This document shows, piece after piece, positions 12,262-26,300 of a DNA stretch of 64,000 nucleotides; within the stretch, counting starts at the first letter, position 1, and each line of letters opens with the position of its first letter. Under the pieces are notes generated by a model. That model was not told the DNA's origin. It ran no database searches and saw only the letters and a list, made by a program, of their open reading frames with translations. The translations under genes and the position numbers were made by a program. This stretch comes from Pseudogymnoascus verrucosus (taxonomy: Eukaryota). The DNA lies in NCBI GenBank assembly GCA_001662655.1, contig KV460256.1; one strand, written 5' to 3'.

Positions 12262-13743
12262 TGTGGAATTCTATGCTCAATCTATGGCGTATTGGAACTG
12301 CTCTACCACCTAAATTACAGTGATAATAAGAAGAGCTTCGTGAAGCTCGGATATTGTCAATATATTTAGATGTAAAAGTAATCCCTGTAAAAGTTAACTA
12401 CTCGTAATCCGTCTCTAATGACGATTATCAGCCCCATTCTATTTTCTCAAAAAGTTATTTCGTTGTTTCTATTTTGAAAGTTGATCCGCCATTTTATTTA
12501 TCATTCAATCAAGTGCAATTGCGAGTTGACATCCAATCTAGGTGGCCTTGACCCTTCGGTTCGACATGCAACATTCAATCATAATTCGGGTCGACTTTCC
12601 CGACTATGGATTTGCCCTCAAAATGACCCGGCTTGACTTTCTTCCCCTGTTCCACTTCAGACTCGCCTCGACCTTCTCAACTTCTTGACTTGGGCTTTAA
12701 CGGAGGTGTTACCTAAATGGCTCTTCCAAGATGAGATATGATAGTAGTATCGAAACTTCGGGGAAGAAATCCACGCGTCGCCGACGGAAGCCGGAGTCCT
12801 TTATATGGCGTTCCATTAGTCCGGTTCAGATAGCGATACAACACATCATTCCCACTTATTGTGCGTTACCATAATTGTACGGATAACCTGGTTTGTAGGT
12901 CACTCCCAGGCGCTTTAGTCAATACCCGAAGCTAACTAAGAGCGTAGACTCCTATAGTTGTGCTCTCCTCTTCGTTGCCCCTTTCTTGCGGAGATGCGTC
13001 ACCCACTTGATTTTTGTAAGGGATTAACCATGGCAATGGGGTTCATCACTGGTGTCTTGCGATGTTACTACCGCGAGAGGCCATGCACGAGTGAGTTTAC
13101 GCCAATGACCTAGGTAACTTTCTCAATTTTAACCAGCTTTCTTATCTGTTAAAATCTTCTCCTCGCCACCTTTTAAAATGGAATGTTTACTCATAGCCTC
13201 TAATTTAATCCTTAGATATCCGATGCCAAGAAGAGGAAGACAATAGCAAATAATAGGAGAATCGTTCTCCCACAGAAGGGAAGAAGCCCTTACGTAAAGA
13301 CAAGAAACGGGCCATTAATTCATGACATGAAGCCAAGTGCATCAAGTGTCGGATGTAGAAAGAAGCCAACTATACCAATCATTCCGCCAATCACCGCCGC
13401 CTCTTTTTGCTTTGGAGGCTAGATTTTACGGAAAATAGGCTCGATAAATGGTTGTAGGGGAAATCAACCGTTTGAAATGTTTTGAGATGTACTAGAAACC
13501 GGCCTACAACAATTCCGTAGGTCCAGTAGATATATTAGTTTAGTCAATTGATTCTTATTATACGGACCTATATACTGTATTCTACGTTGGTGCCCCTATT
13601 CTGGCTTCACTTTGTACAGCGCTAAAGTGATAACTCTGCTCGCCTGGGATACCACCCAATTCTGGTAGACATTCCCGACGCGTAATATTCCAAGAGGTTG
13701 GTGTTTCCCACTCTTGACGTGGTTCTCGGTATTGTCACGGGTA

Positions 13744-13860
13744 CCGGCTCGACTTTCCGTTTCAGCCAAATGCCATTTCCGAGGCTCTTTTTTAGAAGAC
13801 AAACTAGCATCTTCACAGCTAAACGTGCTAACGTATCGTTCCGAGGGCAAGTCGAGCCGG
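13744..13860. promoter_or_regulatory. Inverted pair of perfect AGTCGAGCCGG motifs upstream of the permease
   Basis: CCGGCTCGACT at 13744-13754 and AGTCGAGCCGG at 13850-13860. Confidence 0.55.
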
Positions 13861-14517
13861 GCCATGGCACCCCGCTTCCTATAATATTACAAAATCTCTC
13901 TAGTGTTGTTATCTCCTACAATTCCTAGCGCTAGAGCCAATGGACCTAACTAGTTCTAGGGAGAATGCGGGGTGTTGAACATCTCACTACAGGTCCATGG
14001 CAGGTCGACACGCCCCAAGCGCTTCTTCTACCACATGCCCATTACAATGCCACCTCGGTGGCGTTTCCAGCTGTGCTGAGAGACAAGAGAACTGTTCCGC
14101 ACCATTGTTCTGTAACGGTGATGTTGATAGCGATCTAAGATGCTCCATGCCAAAACTTTTTTTTTTTTTCGGGAGGTTTACTTAGAAGGTCTTTCTCAGC
14201 TCGACAACCGCGCCGAGAGTGACCCAGGATAGCATGTCGACCCGAGACATGAAGATAAGCAAGGGTAGCGAGGCTGATGGGTTTACAAGGCTATTTGCCG
14301 ATTTATCTTTTAACAAAAGCGGAAACTTGAGCGTGACGTAAATAACTTTATTTTGCTACTCTCCATTAGAGGTATCCTGCACATTGTTGGTCTCCTCTTC
14401 TTTAGTATATAGAACTCAGCTCAGGGCAGCTTGAGGACCGTCTTCAGCTGCGTCGAAATCTATCATCCTTTTTGCAGATACGTTTTCTCCAACCCTTTCG
14501 GGAGAACTTCATAAAAC

Positions 14518-16508
14518 ATGGCGGAAAAGTACGAGAACAACGTGAACAGTGATATTGAGATGGTCGAAGACCTTAATGTGCCCGGAGCGCCCGAGTTTGC
14601 GGAGACGAGGGAGTTGAGGTACGCCATCAAAACCAAGTATGCAGGTAGTCTCCACGCTGATTTTGTTGTATAGAAAGGGCCTCAAGCAGCGTCATATTCA
14701 GATGATTGCGTTGGCTGGAACTATTGGCACGGGACTGTTCCTGGGGTCTGGACGAGCTCTTGTTGCTGCTGGACCGGCAGGTGTCTTGTGAGAATCGAAC
14801 TCATCAAATGATATTGTACAAAATCTGATAGTGGCATAGTATGGGCTATACCATCATGGGTATTCTCGTTTGTGGAGTTGTTCTCTCTATCGGAGAAATT
14901 AGGTATGCCATTATGTCTGCCCTATCTGGGCTCTGCTAAAGATTTGCAGTGCCCTTGTTCCCCTTGCTGGAGGTATTCTTCAACCTGCAGCGATCTTCGT
15001 TGATCCTGCTCTTTCATTTGCCATGGGTTGGAATGCCGTCTACCAAGTTTGTGTCGCGGTCCCTGCTGAGCTGGTCGCCGCTGCTGTGGTGATGCAATAC
15101 TGGATCACCCTCAACAATGCCATTTGGATCACAGTTTTTGGTTTTCTCATCCTAATTTCCAATGTTTTGCTGGTAAGGATTTATGGAGAAGTCGAATTCA
15201 CTTTCGCTTGTCTAAAGGTTTTGCTCGTGGTTGGGATGAACTTGATGGTAAATTTCTCAAAGGTACTTCCTTATATTATGTAGCTGCTGACTGATGACTA
15301 GGGCCTCATTATCGCTTGTGGTGGGGGCCCTGACCATCGTTCGGTCGGCTTCAAGTACTGGAACGACCCTGGCCCTTTTGTGCAGTACCTTGGCGTCGCG
15401 GGCTCTTTAGGACGATTTATGGGTTTCTGGACTGTCTTCTCCAATGCCGCCTACGCCTTCGCTGCGATTGAGAGCATCGCGATTGCTGCGTCTGAGACAT
15501 ACGCACCTCAACGAAACATTCCAAAGGCAGCGAAGCGAGTCTTTGTTAGAGTTGTCATGTTCTACGGTACGAATCCTTGATTCTTTTCTATCTATACGAT
15601 ACTGATGGTCAAGTAGTTGTCACGGTTTTCATGATGACCCTGTTGGTCCCATCCAATGACCCAATGCTGCTCAACACCTCGGGAACAGCAGCGCAGTCGC
15701 CATTTGTCATTGCCGCAACCCGAGCTGGGATCAAGGTCGTTCCGCATATTATCAACGCTATTGTTATGACCAGTGCTTGGAGCTCAGGCAACTCCAGTAT
15801 GTTTTCGGGTTCTGAAGACAGCTCTAAAGTTGCTAACATATATAGCTGTCCTAATTGGGTCCCGTATGCTTTACGGTCTTGCCCGCAAAGGCCAAGCCCC
15901 TAACTTCTTCAAACAAGTCAATCGCTGGGGTGTTCCTTACTTAACCGTCCTCTTCATCTGTGCTTTCATCTCGCTAGGCTACCTGACACTGAACAAAACC
16001 GCCGCAATGGTCTTCACCTGGCTTCAAGATCTCGTTGCGTCGGCCCAGTTGATCACCTGGATGATTATCTGCATCACCTACCTGCGATTCTATTACAGCT
16101 TGAAGAAACAGGGAATTTCTCGCAAGGAGCTCCCTTGGGCAGCGCCTTTCCAGCCGTATGCGGCGTGGATGAGTTTGACTGGGTTTGCCATGATTTTCCT
16201 AACAAGCGGTTATACAACCTTCATACATAACAAGTAAGTTCTATTACTCTCCACAAAACAACTATTAGTTTGATAGCAAAAATCTAATCATAGATTTTAG
16301 CTGGTCCACTGAAACCTTTATCTCCGCATACTTAGACCTTGTCATCGTCATGACTTTGTACCTAGGGTACAAGCTCTACCACAAGACTAAGATTGTATCT
16401 TTGGAAGAATCACCTGTTGCTAGATTTATTGAGATAGCTAAGAATAATCCTGATCCACTGGAGAAGCCTAAGACGCGGATTTCTAAGTTTAATATCTTGT
16501 GGGGATAG
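14518..16508 (+). CDS. Amino-acid permease (APC superfamily, YAT family); multi-exon
   Basis: [73 protein letters not shown], with canonical short introns. Confidence 0.92.
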
Positions 16509-16998
16509 ATCTAATTGTCGGATCCGACTGTGACCAACGCGCGAGTTCGGCGCAAGTTCGGCATTTCACAGCAAAATACTAGTAAATTATATATAAAAGT
16601 ACATAGTGTAATTTATCAAAGATGAAATTCCATGCTACTCTCGTCGCTTTCGTGGCTCCCACTCCCACTGCAATTTCTAGTAGATTCCTTAGCTTGGGTA
16701 GCCTAGGCTTTGGCCTCTAGGTGAGGAATTGGCTCCTGATCTTTAGGTAGAATTGTTGAATTCTCACTCCGTTCCTAGTGCCCGGAGCTATCGCGCCGTG
16801 TCTGCTGCCACTAAGTGCTATACCCCAGCTTAGTTAGGGTATCTTAGCATTCCTACTCTAGGTTAGCTTAGGGATGTTTAAGACTAGCAGGTTTAAAGCT
16901 TAGCAAGGCCACTAGTGAATGGCACTAGAGGATCGTCTCATCTTAGTAGCAAGCTAGTAAGTGTGTCTAGTAGTCCTTCCTAGGTACTACCTACTTAG

Positions 16999-17330
16999 TA
17001 TAACGCTACTTCCTTAAGATAATAGGGTATATAGACACTTCTTATATAAGGTTTTAACTTATTAGAGGGGGTAGGGGATTAGACATAAAGGCTTTAAGTA
17101 ACATGTTATAGTATAACGTAATGTATAGAGTAACTATAAGGGTTTAGTAGAAGTGTGCTATAGCTATAGGCTCTAGTAATAGAAATGGTATTTAATAGAC
17201 TAATCTCTAAGCCCTCCCTATAGAGGGCTTAGCTACCCTTATCTACTACTTTAAAGTTAGGCCCCTACTAACTTAGCTATAAGTTAAGGCTATATACTAC
17301 CCTCTTACTAGCCCTAAGGTATAGGGTATA
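16999..17330 (-). mobile_element. Diverged A-related LTR, heavily RIPped
   Basis: Starts TATAACGCTA and shares the GGGGATTAGACATAAAGGCTTT block with family A LTRs, with the remainder divergent. Right boundary uncertain. Confidence 0.55.
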
Positions 17331-17628
17331 TATAAGGATATAAGGCACTATATTATAAGAAGTAGTATATAGGAGTATAAGTTAGATAGAAGTTAGTATA
17401 ATCCTATAGGTTTACTATAAAGGATATAAAAAAGATAAAGGTGTAACCCTTTATAGCTATTCCCTTAAATACCTAAAACTACTCTAACTTAGTTAACTCC
17501 CTATTTACCTAAGGCTTCCTTATGCTATATGCCTAAGGCTGTTAGTTATAACTAACTTATAATAGCCCTAAGTCTTAATAGTACTATATAATAGCTATAA
17601 CTAACCTAAGTAAGGAGGTATCCTTATA
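17331..17628 (-). mobile_element. Family B LTR, heavily RIPped, no matching TSD
   Basis: Reverse complement of the B LTR consensus. Flanks GTATA and ACTAC differ. Confidence 0.85.
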
Positions 17629-17678
17629 ACTACTATAGCTTCTAACTATTATATCTACTAACTATAGGCTATAAATAT

Positions 17679-18013
17679 ATAACTAGTAAAGTATATTCTA
17701 AAGAAGATATATAAAAGGTAATAACTAGCTAGAAAAATAGATAGTTTTTATCTATTTAGGCTATAGTAATATACTTTTAAGTTCTAGCTTAAATACTATA
17801 TAACTAGATAGCTAGGTGTAAAACAAAGGCATAAGCTTATAAGGAAGTCTACTTACTCTCTAATATAGAAGAAAAGACATTAGTATAATAGATTATATAA
17901 CTTATAAGTACTAGCTTTCTAGTAACACCTATGTTAGTAATAGAGATAGCTAAGGAAATTTACTATTAATATATCTAGCTTATATTAACTTAAAATACCC
18001 TACTTACTTAACT
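17679..18013 (+). pseudogene. Fot1/pogo-like transposase N-terminus (psq-type and CENP-B HTH), RIP-mutated and truncated by an LTR
   Basis: One continuous frame: ...YSKEDI*KVITS*KNR*FLSI*AIVIYF*VLA*ILYN*IARCKTKA*AYKEVYLLSNIEEKTLV**II*LISTSFLVTPMLVIEIAKEI, matching the LLSxxEEKTLVxWIxxLxxTGFP...MAxEI pattern. Confidence 0.7.
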
Positions 18014-18304
18014 TATAAGGATACTTCCTTACTTAGGTTAGTTATAGTTGTTATATAGTACCCTTAAGACTTAGGGCTATTATAGTTTAATTATAACTAT
18101 AAGCCTTAGGTATATAGTATAAGGAAGCCTTAGGTAAATAAGGAGTTAACTAAGTTAGAGTAGTTTTAGGTATTTAAGGGAATAGCTATAAAGGGTTCCC
18201 CCTTAATCTTTTTTATATCCTTTATAGTAGACCTATAGGATAGAATATAGCATTACCTTTAACTTATACTTCTATATATACCTATAGAGAGCTATACTCC
18301 CTAT
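18014..18304 (+). mobile_element. Family B-variant LTR interrupted 9 bp before its 3' end
   Basis: Homologous to the LTR at 56156-56416 (GAGAGCT...CCCT[A/G]T end). Stops at CCTAT, where the next element begins. Confidence 0.85.
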
Positions 18305-19102
18305 TATAAGGACATAGGACACTATATTATAAGAGGTTGTATATAGGAGTGTAAGTTAGATAGTAGTTAGTGTAATCCTATAGGTCTACTATAAAGGATA
18401 TAAAAAAGATAAAGGGGGAACCCTCTGTTCCTATTTCCTTCTATACTTAAAACCCCTCTAACTTAACTAACCCCCTATTTACCTAAGGCTTCTTTATGCT
18501 ATATACTTAAGGCTTATAGTTGTAATTAAACTATAACTACCCTAAGTCTTAGGGGCAGTATATAACAACTATAACTAACTTAAGTAAGGAGGCATCCTTA
18601 TACTACCCCCTACCTTTAGAGGGTGCTTTGTCCTTAAAGTATATATATAGAACTCTATGTTTAGTTTGTTATATAAGTTAAGGGTGTTATAGCCTAAGTC
18701 GTTGCTAAGGAGGGTAGAGGAGTAGGTATTTCTTTATTTAAGGTAGTAAGTTGTATGTAAGGGTCTAGGTTAGTATTAAATTAAGTCTAATTAGGGCTAT
18801 AGACTCTAGATTGTTTATATAAGGAGAGATAGATTATACTAAACCTAATTTAGACAGCTTTGTTATAAGCTAGAATATAAAATTAAGGTTTACCTACTTC
18901 CTATTGTTTTCTTTACAACAACAATGCTAAACCCCCCCTCTAAGTCTAGTAAGTAGCCCCTCCTAAACATAGAGAAGGATACTAATTAATTGTTTTTAGA
19001 TATAAAACCAATTTAAACGATTTAGTAGGTTTAGGAACTATACTAGCACAGTAGTAATAACTTAGGCTAAGCTAATAGGAATTGTAGATTTCTAATTTAA
19101 AG

Positions 19103-20310
19103 ATGCTAGTTCCTATGCCCTCTAGGGCTTTAGTAGATTCCTTCTATGTTCTATACATCTACTGCCTTTAGGCAATTTCCTATAGAGCTATAGCCTATAC
19201 TTATGTCTAGTCCTTAACTAGCTTAAAGTGTAGTTACTATACTTTATAGCATTCTATGTATATTCTAGTAGGTTTCCTATTGCTTTTTAGTTTTGCTTTT
19301 AGCTTGTTCTTAGGTTTATTTAGTGTTAACTTAGTAGGAATAGCTACCCTAGTTCCTAGGGACTAAGTTCGCTACTATTATTACTACTAAGGCAGCTACC
19401 CCCCTTATCCCTAACAATGTTATTACTACTACTATTAAGGCTAACTATGTCCTATTACTTGCTACTACCTCTATCTCTAAGTTCTAGGACAAGGCAACTT
19501 AGGACCTCTATAAGGAGGCCTATATAACTTACATAGCCCTTAAGTCTCTTAATTTAAGACTTAAGGTAAGTAAATCTCCTTTCCTAGTAGGGTATTAGTA
19601 CTAACCTAGGTTAGGCTGTTTGTTTGTTACTATACAGTCTTTAGATAGAGTAAGTAGAGGTTCCTAGCCTCTTAAAGGAGGTAGTAAACATAGTAGAGGT
19701 AGGTACTATAGCTATTGTTACTATTACTATAAAGTTAGTCCTAGTACCTACCCCCTATAGAAAAGAGAAGGAGAAGGAGAAGGAGGTTGTAACGCTAGGT
19801 CTTAAACTATAAGACTTATAGAGGTTTCGTTACGTTAGTTTACTTAATAGAGGAGGCAGGGGATTAGACATAAAGGCTTTTATAAAACACGTTATAGTAT
19901 ATAACAAATACTATATTAAGTTGAGCACGAAGCTCCTATCTAAGAACTAACTATCTACTTATATAGTAGCGTTATGCTAAAGGGAATAGTTAGAATAGCA
20001 AACTCCTTTGCTATTCTTGCTATTCCTGCTATTCTATCATGTGGGTTATTCTCTTTCTAGTACCTGTGATTCTTCTAGTACCTGTCCATCCGGTACCTCC
20101 TAATCCTTAGGTGCCTAACTGTCTTCTAGTACCTATAAGCCTAGGTGCTAGACACTCCTTAGGTGCCTAATACTTAACCCTGCCTTAAGGGCGGTTAAAT
20201 CGCTAACATCCTTATTACTACTATACTTAGGGTGTTGGCGATAGTGCTGCTAAAAACCCTAGCTGTAACAGAGGTAGAGAATAGGGTTAGGGCCTTCTAT
20301 AGAGAGTAGG
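19103..20310 (+). pseudogene. Family B antisense accessory gene, allele 1 (six-Cys Zn-cluster-like; 2 introns), RIPped and interrupted by a solo LTR
   Basis: ATG 19103. De-RIPped exon 1 reads approximately MPVPMPSGA..SFHVPCIxCLRAISHGAxAHTCVRSxTGSKCGYCTxQHSxCIP. Donors GTAGGT at 19268 and GTAAGT at 19566, with (G/C)TAAC branch sites and TAG acceptors. 3' end approximate. Confidence 0.65.
19788..20270 (-). mobile_element. Family A solo LTR (483 bp)
   Basis: TGTAACG...TGTAACA termini, TSD GAGGT on both sides. Confidence 0.95.
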
Positions 20311-23300
20311 GGGTAGGCCCTATATTAGAGGGAACTTAGGTGTAGTCTTTTATATAAGGTCACTTTAACCCTTTATCTCTTATAGTAGTAGCTGCTTATT
20401 ATAACACTAGTAAGACGTTTAGGAAGGGTAGCTTCTATAAGGGCTATAGCTCTAAGGCTACCCTAACTTAGAGGGTGTTTAGTTTAGTATTATAGGTAGT
20501 AATAATGCTATTTTTCCCTACTTTACTATACCTCCTATAATTGTAGCTTAGCTTACCTATCTCCTATTCTATAATCTAACTAGGTAGGTCCTATAGTAGT
20601 TCTAGTAGGTTTAGGTACTCTATATAAAACTCCTAGATTTTATAGAGGGAGTTCTTAAAGTTTAAGGTAGGGTACTATTCTAGGTCTAGATTATATCTAA
20701 CCTAGGATACCTAGTATTAGAGTTGTTTTTACTAGATCCTTATAGTAAGAATCTTTTTAACCTCCTACTCCTCTAGGCTATCTATAACTTTGCTACTTAG
20801 CTTAGGTGCTACTTAACTAGGTAGTAGATTACTTAAGGCCTTAATAAGTATGTCTAGTAAGAAGACATTATGTATTTAGGAACCCTTTAGTAGCTCTAAT
20901 TAAAAGGAGTGCCTAATTTGTTCTAGTACTATATAAGGTCTAACCTATTATTACTCTAACTTCTAGCTAGGGTAAGAGTTTCTTAAGTTCTTAGTTAATA
21001 AATAAACCTTATTACCTATATCCTAATTAACAGCTCTTTAGCGTTAATTTATATACTAAGACATCTCTTCTTATACTTTAGCTATATTTCCCTTTATAAT
21101 AGCCTATACATTATGTATTTAGGTAGCTACTACTTTAGCTTCATTGTAATTTAAAGTTTCTTAGGGATTAATAGCCTTTAGGGTGTTCTAATCCTAACTT
21201 ATATATAGATTAGTTCTATACTTAAGTTAGGAAGGAGTTATCCTAATAGATATATAGAGTAGTATCATTTATACATAGTTTATAATAGGAATAAGCTTGC
21301 TCTAATTATCCTAGTAATAGGATACAAAAGGCCTTAGTCTCTAGTCTATATACTAGTTTATAATTTCTATCTATCTATTAGTCTGCTTATAGTAGGCTAT
21401 TAACAATTTAACCTTTATACTAATTATTTAGCAGAACTCCTACTAGAAAGACAATATAAATTAGGGTCTATAGTTACTAATAATTAACTCTAGAGTGTAC
21501 TTAAATTAGTATATCTATTTAATAAACAACTATACTATCTATCTAGCGTTAGTGGTCTTATAGTATAGTATAGTTACTAAACTCTTTCTAAGTTAGTCTA
21601 TAAACACTAAGATGCTATTATAACTATACTTATCCTTTAGGAACTCCTTAAAGTCTATTATTAGGTGTTATATAGGGTATTTAGGTACTAGTAGGGGGTG
21701 TAAGAAACCTTACTACTTAGTAACGTTAGTGTATAAGAGCTAGTATGTTATATAGTTCTATATATACTATAAGTAGTCTACTTCTATACCTACCTAGTAA
21801 TACTTTAGAGCAATTAGCTAGTAGGTTTTTTAGCTACTAGGGTGTGCTAATAACACCTAATTATACACTTCTTAGATTAGTTTTATATATAAGTTAGTAT
21901 AGCAATTTATGTATAACTAACCCTTATATATAAGAAGCTAGTTGCTTAGAGTAAACCTATTAAGTAAGGGTTGCTTTATATAGGTCTTGCTAAACAACCT
22001 CTTGTTATCTATATATAATGCCTCTATTAGATTAAAGGGCATCTATGCATTTACAATGTTTAATGCATTTATAGAAGCTATATAGTTCTCTACTAGTTTA
22101 GCGTTAATGTAAGGGTATAGACAGCTTAAGCTAAGTAATACCCTTACTCTACTATCTAGTTTAACTTTCTACTACATTACTAGGTCTTAGTCTCTTTAGC
22201 TTAGAATATTAGCCTTCTAGTTATTCTTACTAGCTATATATATAATATAGAAGTTGAAGTTAGAGAGTAGTTCTATCTACTAAACTTACTTTACTATAAG
22301 AACCTTTATTAATATAAAGTATTCTAATAATTAGTAATTAGTATACACGTTGATTTAGTAGTGTACTAATGCTAATTCTAGCCTCTATTTTACAAACGCT
22401 TTTATAATAGTAAATAACTCCTTATTATAGATCTCCTATTTAATCTTATGTCTAGTTAGGACATAGCTATAGAAGCTTATAGAATACTACTACTTCTTAG
22501 GGTGTTCTTAGGATAGAACCTTAGCTACTACTCTATTAGAGGAGTCTGTTTCTAGCTTTATAGGCAATTTAGGGTTAAAGTAATAGAGTGCCTATACTAT
22601 TAAAAGCTATTAGTATAGTTCTTTAAAAGTGTTCTTACATTTGTTAGTCTATAGAAACAGTTCTAAGGGGCTTGTAATGGTTATAAGAGGCTTTGCTATT
22701 TTCCTAAAATTGTAGATAAACTGTCTATAGAAACTATAAAATCCTAAGTAGAACTTTACACCTATAACAGTAGTTAGTTATACCTAGTTATAGAGTAGTT
22801 TAATTTTGTTAGGGTCTGCTTCTACTTTAGAAGTAGTTAGAATGTAACCTAAGTATTTTGTCTTAATAACGTTAAACTTATATTTCTTTATATCTACTTA
22901 GAGTCCTGCCTCTTAAAGCTACTAGAGGACCTTATATATATAGCCTATATGTTCTATAGGGTTCTTAGAGTAGATTAGTATATTGTCTAAGTAGGTAGTA
23001 TAGAAGTTGTCTAGGTATTATATAAGAATGTTATTTATATACCTCTAATAGGTTGTAGAGCTGTTTGTTAGACTAAATAGTAGCACTTTACATTTATAGA
23101 ATCTATATTAAGTCTAAAAGGTTATATACTCTTTAGAGTTAGGGTCTATTTGTATATAATAGAAGGCTTGTCTAATGTCTAGCTTTATAAAGATTTTTGT
23201 TTTTACTACCTATCCTAGTAGTTTGTTAATATATAGAATAGGGTAAAGGTTGTTATAGGTTAGTCTATTTAACTTCTAGTAGTTAATATAAAATCTTAGT

Positions 23301-26300
23301 TTACTATCTACCTTCTTTACAAACAGTATAGAGGAGGTAAACAAGCTATTACTATTAACTATAAAGCCCTTCTTAAGGTTCTAATAGGTATTACTTAGTT
23401 GCCTTAAGCTCTTTAGTACTTTATTAGTATAGTAGTAAGAAGGCGTTTAGTAAAGGGGCTTCTAGCTATATCCTATAATTATATATATAATGTAGGGGAA
23501 GCTAATTAGATTCTAACTTTAAAAAGACATTAGAATAGTTATAGTGCATCTATAGAAGCTTATTCTAAATAAGGTAGAGCGTTTCTTTATCCTTAGCTAC
23601 TTCCCTCTCCTAGATAATCTAGTTAATCTTATAAATACTTATTATAAAGAACTTAGAGTTGCTCTATATTATCTTATAGTAGAAAGCGTTTGCACTAATC
23701 TTATAAATTTAGACTAGTATAAAGCTATATAATAGGGTTTAGTGTTAAGAGGGAGGGACAACTCTACTTCTTCTATAATTCTTTCTCTTATATATAGATA
23801 GTCTGTTTCTTAGAGGATTTGCCTTTACTTACTTAGAGGGTCTATCTTTATAGGTTTCTATAGGTAAGGCCTATAGCCTTAAGGTTTTAAGGTATAGGTA
23901 GGTTAGTCTATTATCTTATACTATACTTAGTAGGGTAATAATAATAGTGTTATAATAGGCTGTTATTACTTTTATTTACATTAAGCGTCTACCCTTATAT
24001 TGTCTATTATTATAGTTAATAGCATTATCCTACTAGTTTGCATCTAATTAATAGGTAGGGTAATGTATAGATAGTTTATATAAGTAATAGGGTAAGGTAA
24101 TCTCTTTGCTCTAGCTAGGAGTAGGTAGGTACTCCTTTAGCTATACTAGCTAGCTCTTTATAGAGTTAAGTAGGATTTAGAAGTAGCTAAAAAGCTTCTT
24201 TCTAATTATTACATCTTGCGCTCTAAGATCTAGGAGCATAAAGGGGTAGTTATAAATTTAGTGTCCTTTAACTATTAAGTATAACTAAATATACTCTAAT
24301 ATATAGCTTTAGATATTTTGCTAAAATCTATATATAGGTACAAAGTAAAGTAGTTTCTATATAGGGCTCTAGAGTGCTTTTAACAGTTGTTATGTAAAAG
24401 GCTTATTAATAACAAGGTAGCTATTTGCTCCTATGTTAGTAAGTGACTTCATTTACACCTTAAGTCCATTTATACTTAGGGTTGTATTAACAAGAAATTA
24501 GGAGCCTCTTAAGAGTTCTTATAAATCTAGTCCTTATAGATTATATTTACATAGACCTAGGAAGGAGCCTTTCCCTAGGCCTTATTGTTTTCCTCTAAGG
24601 ATATATCTAACTAGTAGGCAACTACTTCCTCTTACTACTCTTTGTCCTTAGGGGCTTTATAATTAATCTCCTTAATAGTAGGGTTAAGTAGGCATTTATC
24701 CTAGAAATAGCCTAGCTTACTATACTTAAAACAGTTCCTAGATGTAGCTAGTATAGTAGTTTATATATAGCCTATAATGTCTAGCTTAGGGGCTATAAGT
24801 ATAAAGGGAGTCCTTAGGAAGGAAACTAGAGAGCTTCTTATCTACCTTAGTAGCTAGGCCTTTCTAGGGTTTATAGGTATAAACCTAGATAAGCTTAGGT
24901 AGGTAGGTCCTTAGGAGCTTAACTTACTACTCTTAGATAGGAAGCTTAACTTGTTATTCTAGTGCTACTCTTAATTAAAGGTAGTAAGTTCTTAGACTAT
25001 AGTATAGTAGTCTCCCTTCTATTAGCTTTTAATAACTACTATATAGCTATAGAATTAAGGGGTTAACTTGTTCTATATATACTAAAACTATTCTAACTCT
25101 ATAACTTATCTTATAATAGCTACACTTTAGAAGCAAGCATTAAACTCTAAGAAAGTCTTATTTATATATCCTTTCTCTCCTATTTAGAGGTTGTTAAAGA
25201 GGTTCTAGGCCTATTCTGTTTTATTACTAGTAAGGTAATATAAACCTAGTAGGTCTATTATCTTGTTAGCACTCTAAAACCTATACATTATAAATAGATA
25301 TTAAGGTTTAAGGTACTTCTTTACTAAGCTAGTTATAGTTCCTTATATTAACGCTCTCCTTAAGATGTTAGTAAGGTAGTAATCCTTATTAACTATAAGG
25401 TAGTCCTAAATAGACACACTCTATTATATAAAGGTATGTTCTATCCTTATAAGGATGCCTCCTTACTTAGGGTAGTTATAGCTGTTATATAGCGCTATTA
25501 AGACTTAGGGCCGTTATAGGTTAGTTGCAACTAACAGCCTTAGGTATATAACGTAAGGAAGCCTTAGGCAAATAGGGAGCTAGCTAAGTTAGAGTAGTTT
25601 TAGGTATTTTAAGGGAACAGCTATATAAGGTTATACCTTTATCTTTTTTATATCCTTCGTAGTAGACCTATAGGATTACACTAACTTCTATCTAACTTAT
25701 ACTCCTATATATAACTTCTTATAATACAGTGCCCTATGTCCTTACATTATATAAAAAAGATTACGCCTACTAGGGACAGCTATATGTAAATAATATCCTA
25801 CAACTAGAACGACTTAGGAGAACTGTTAAAACACTACTAACTACAACTTAGTAACATTTTAAAGTAGAGACCTAACGACTTTAAATAGCTGTAACCCTAG
25901 AGAACTTATAGACAACTAGTAGATTAGGGTTTAATCCTATAGAGTAAGCTAGTAAAGTCGCTAACGCGTTAGTGCTAAATAGGATATAAGATCCTTAAGA
26001 ACCCCCTTAAGCATAGAGGCAATTGTAAACAAGAGTGTTAATAGCTATAAGCTACTAGAAGTTAAACTCTTTTATATTAACACTAATACACCCCTAAACT
26101 AATATAAGGAAAATGACCTTAAACATCCCCTAAGACAATGATGGTTAACTGTTACAAATGTTAATAAGACAAACTACTGCTATAGCTATAACTACTATAC
26201 CTACTAATGATATACTAGATTAAATAGCAAACCTTAAGATCTAGATGTAAGAGATTAAGGAAATAATAGCTAACCTAGTAGCAACCTAGACTAGAATACC

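Larger units (their letters stand above)
18305..25447 (-). mobile_element. Family B chromodomain Gypsy element (B-minus): 3' LTR 18305-18602, accessory gene, pol, partial gag; 5' end missing
   Basis: Reverse complement is colinear with 26490-31630. PPT next to the LTR. RIPped RT, RNase H, integrase and chromodomain motifs. Truncated in gag at 25447. Confidence 0.92.

Noticed and set aside
13200..13420. Hydrophobic minus-strand frame suggesting a membrane-protein relic
   Set aside because: Short, contains stops and no family is recognisable.
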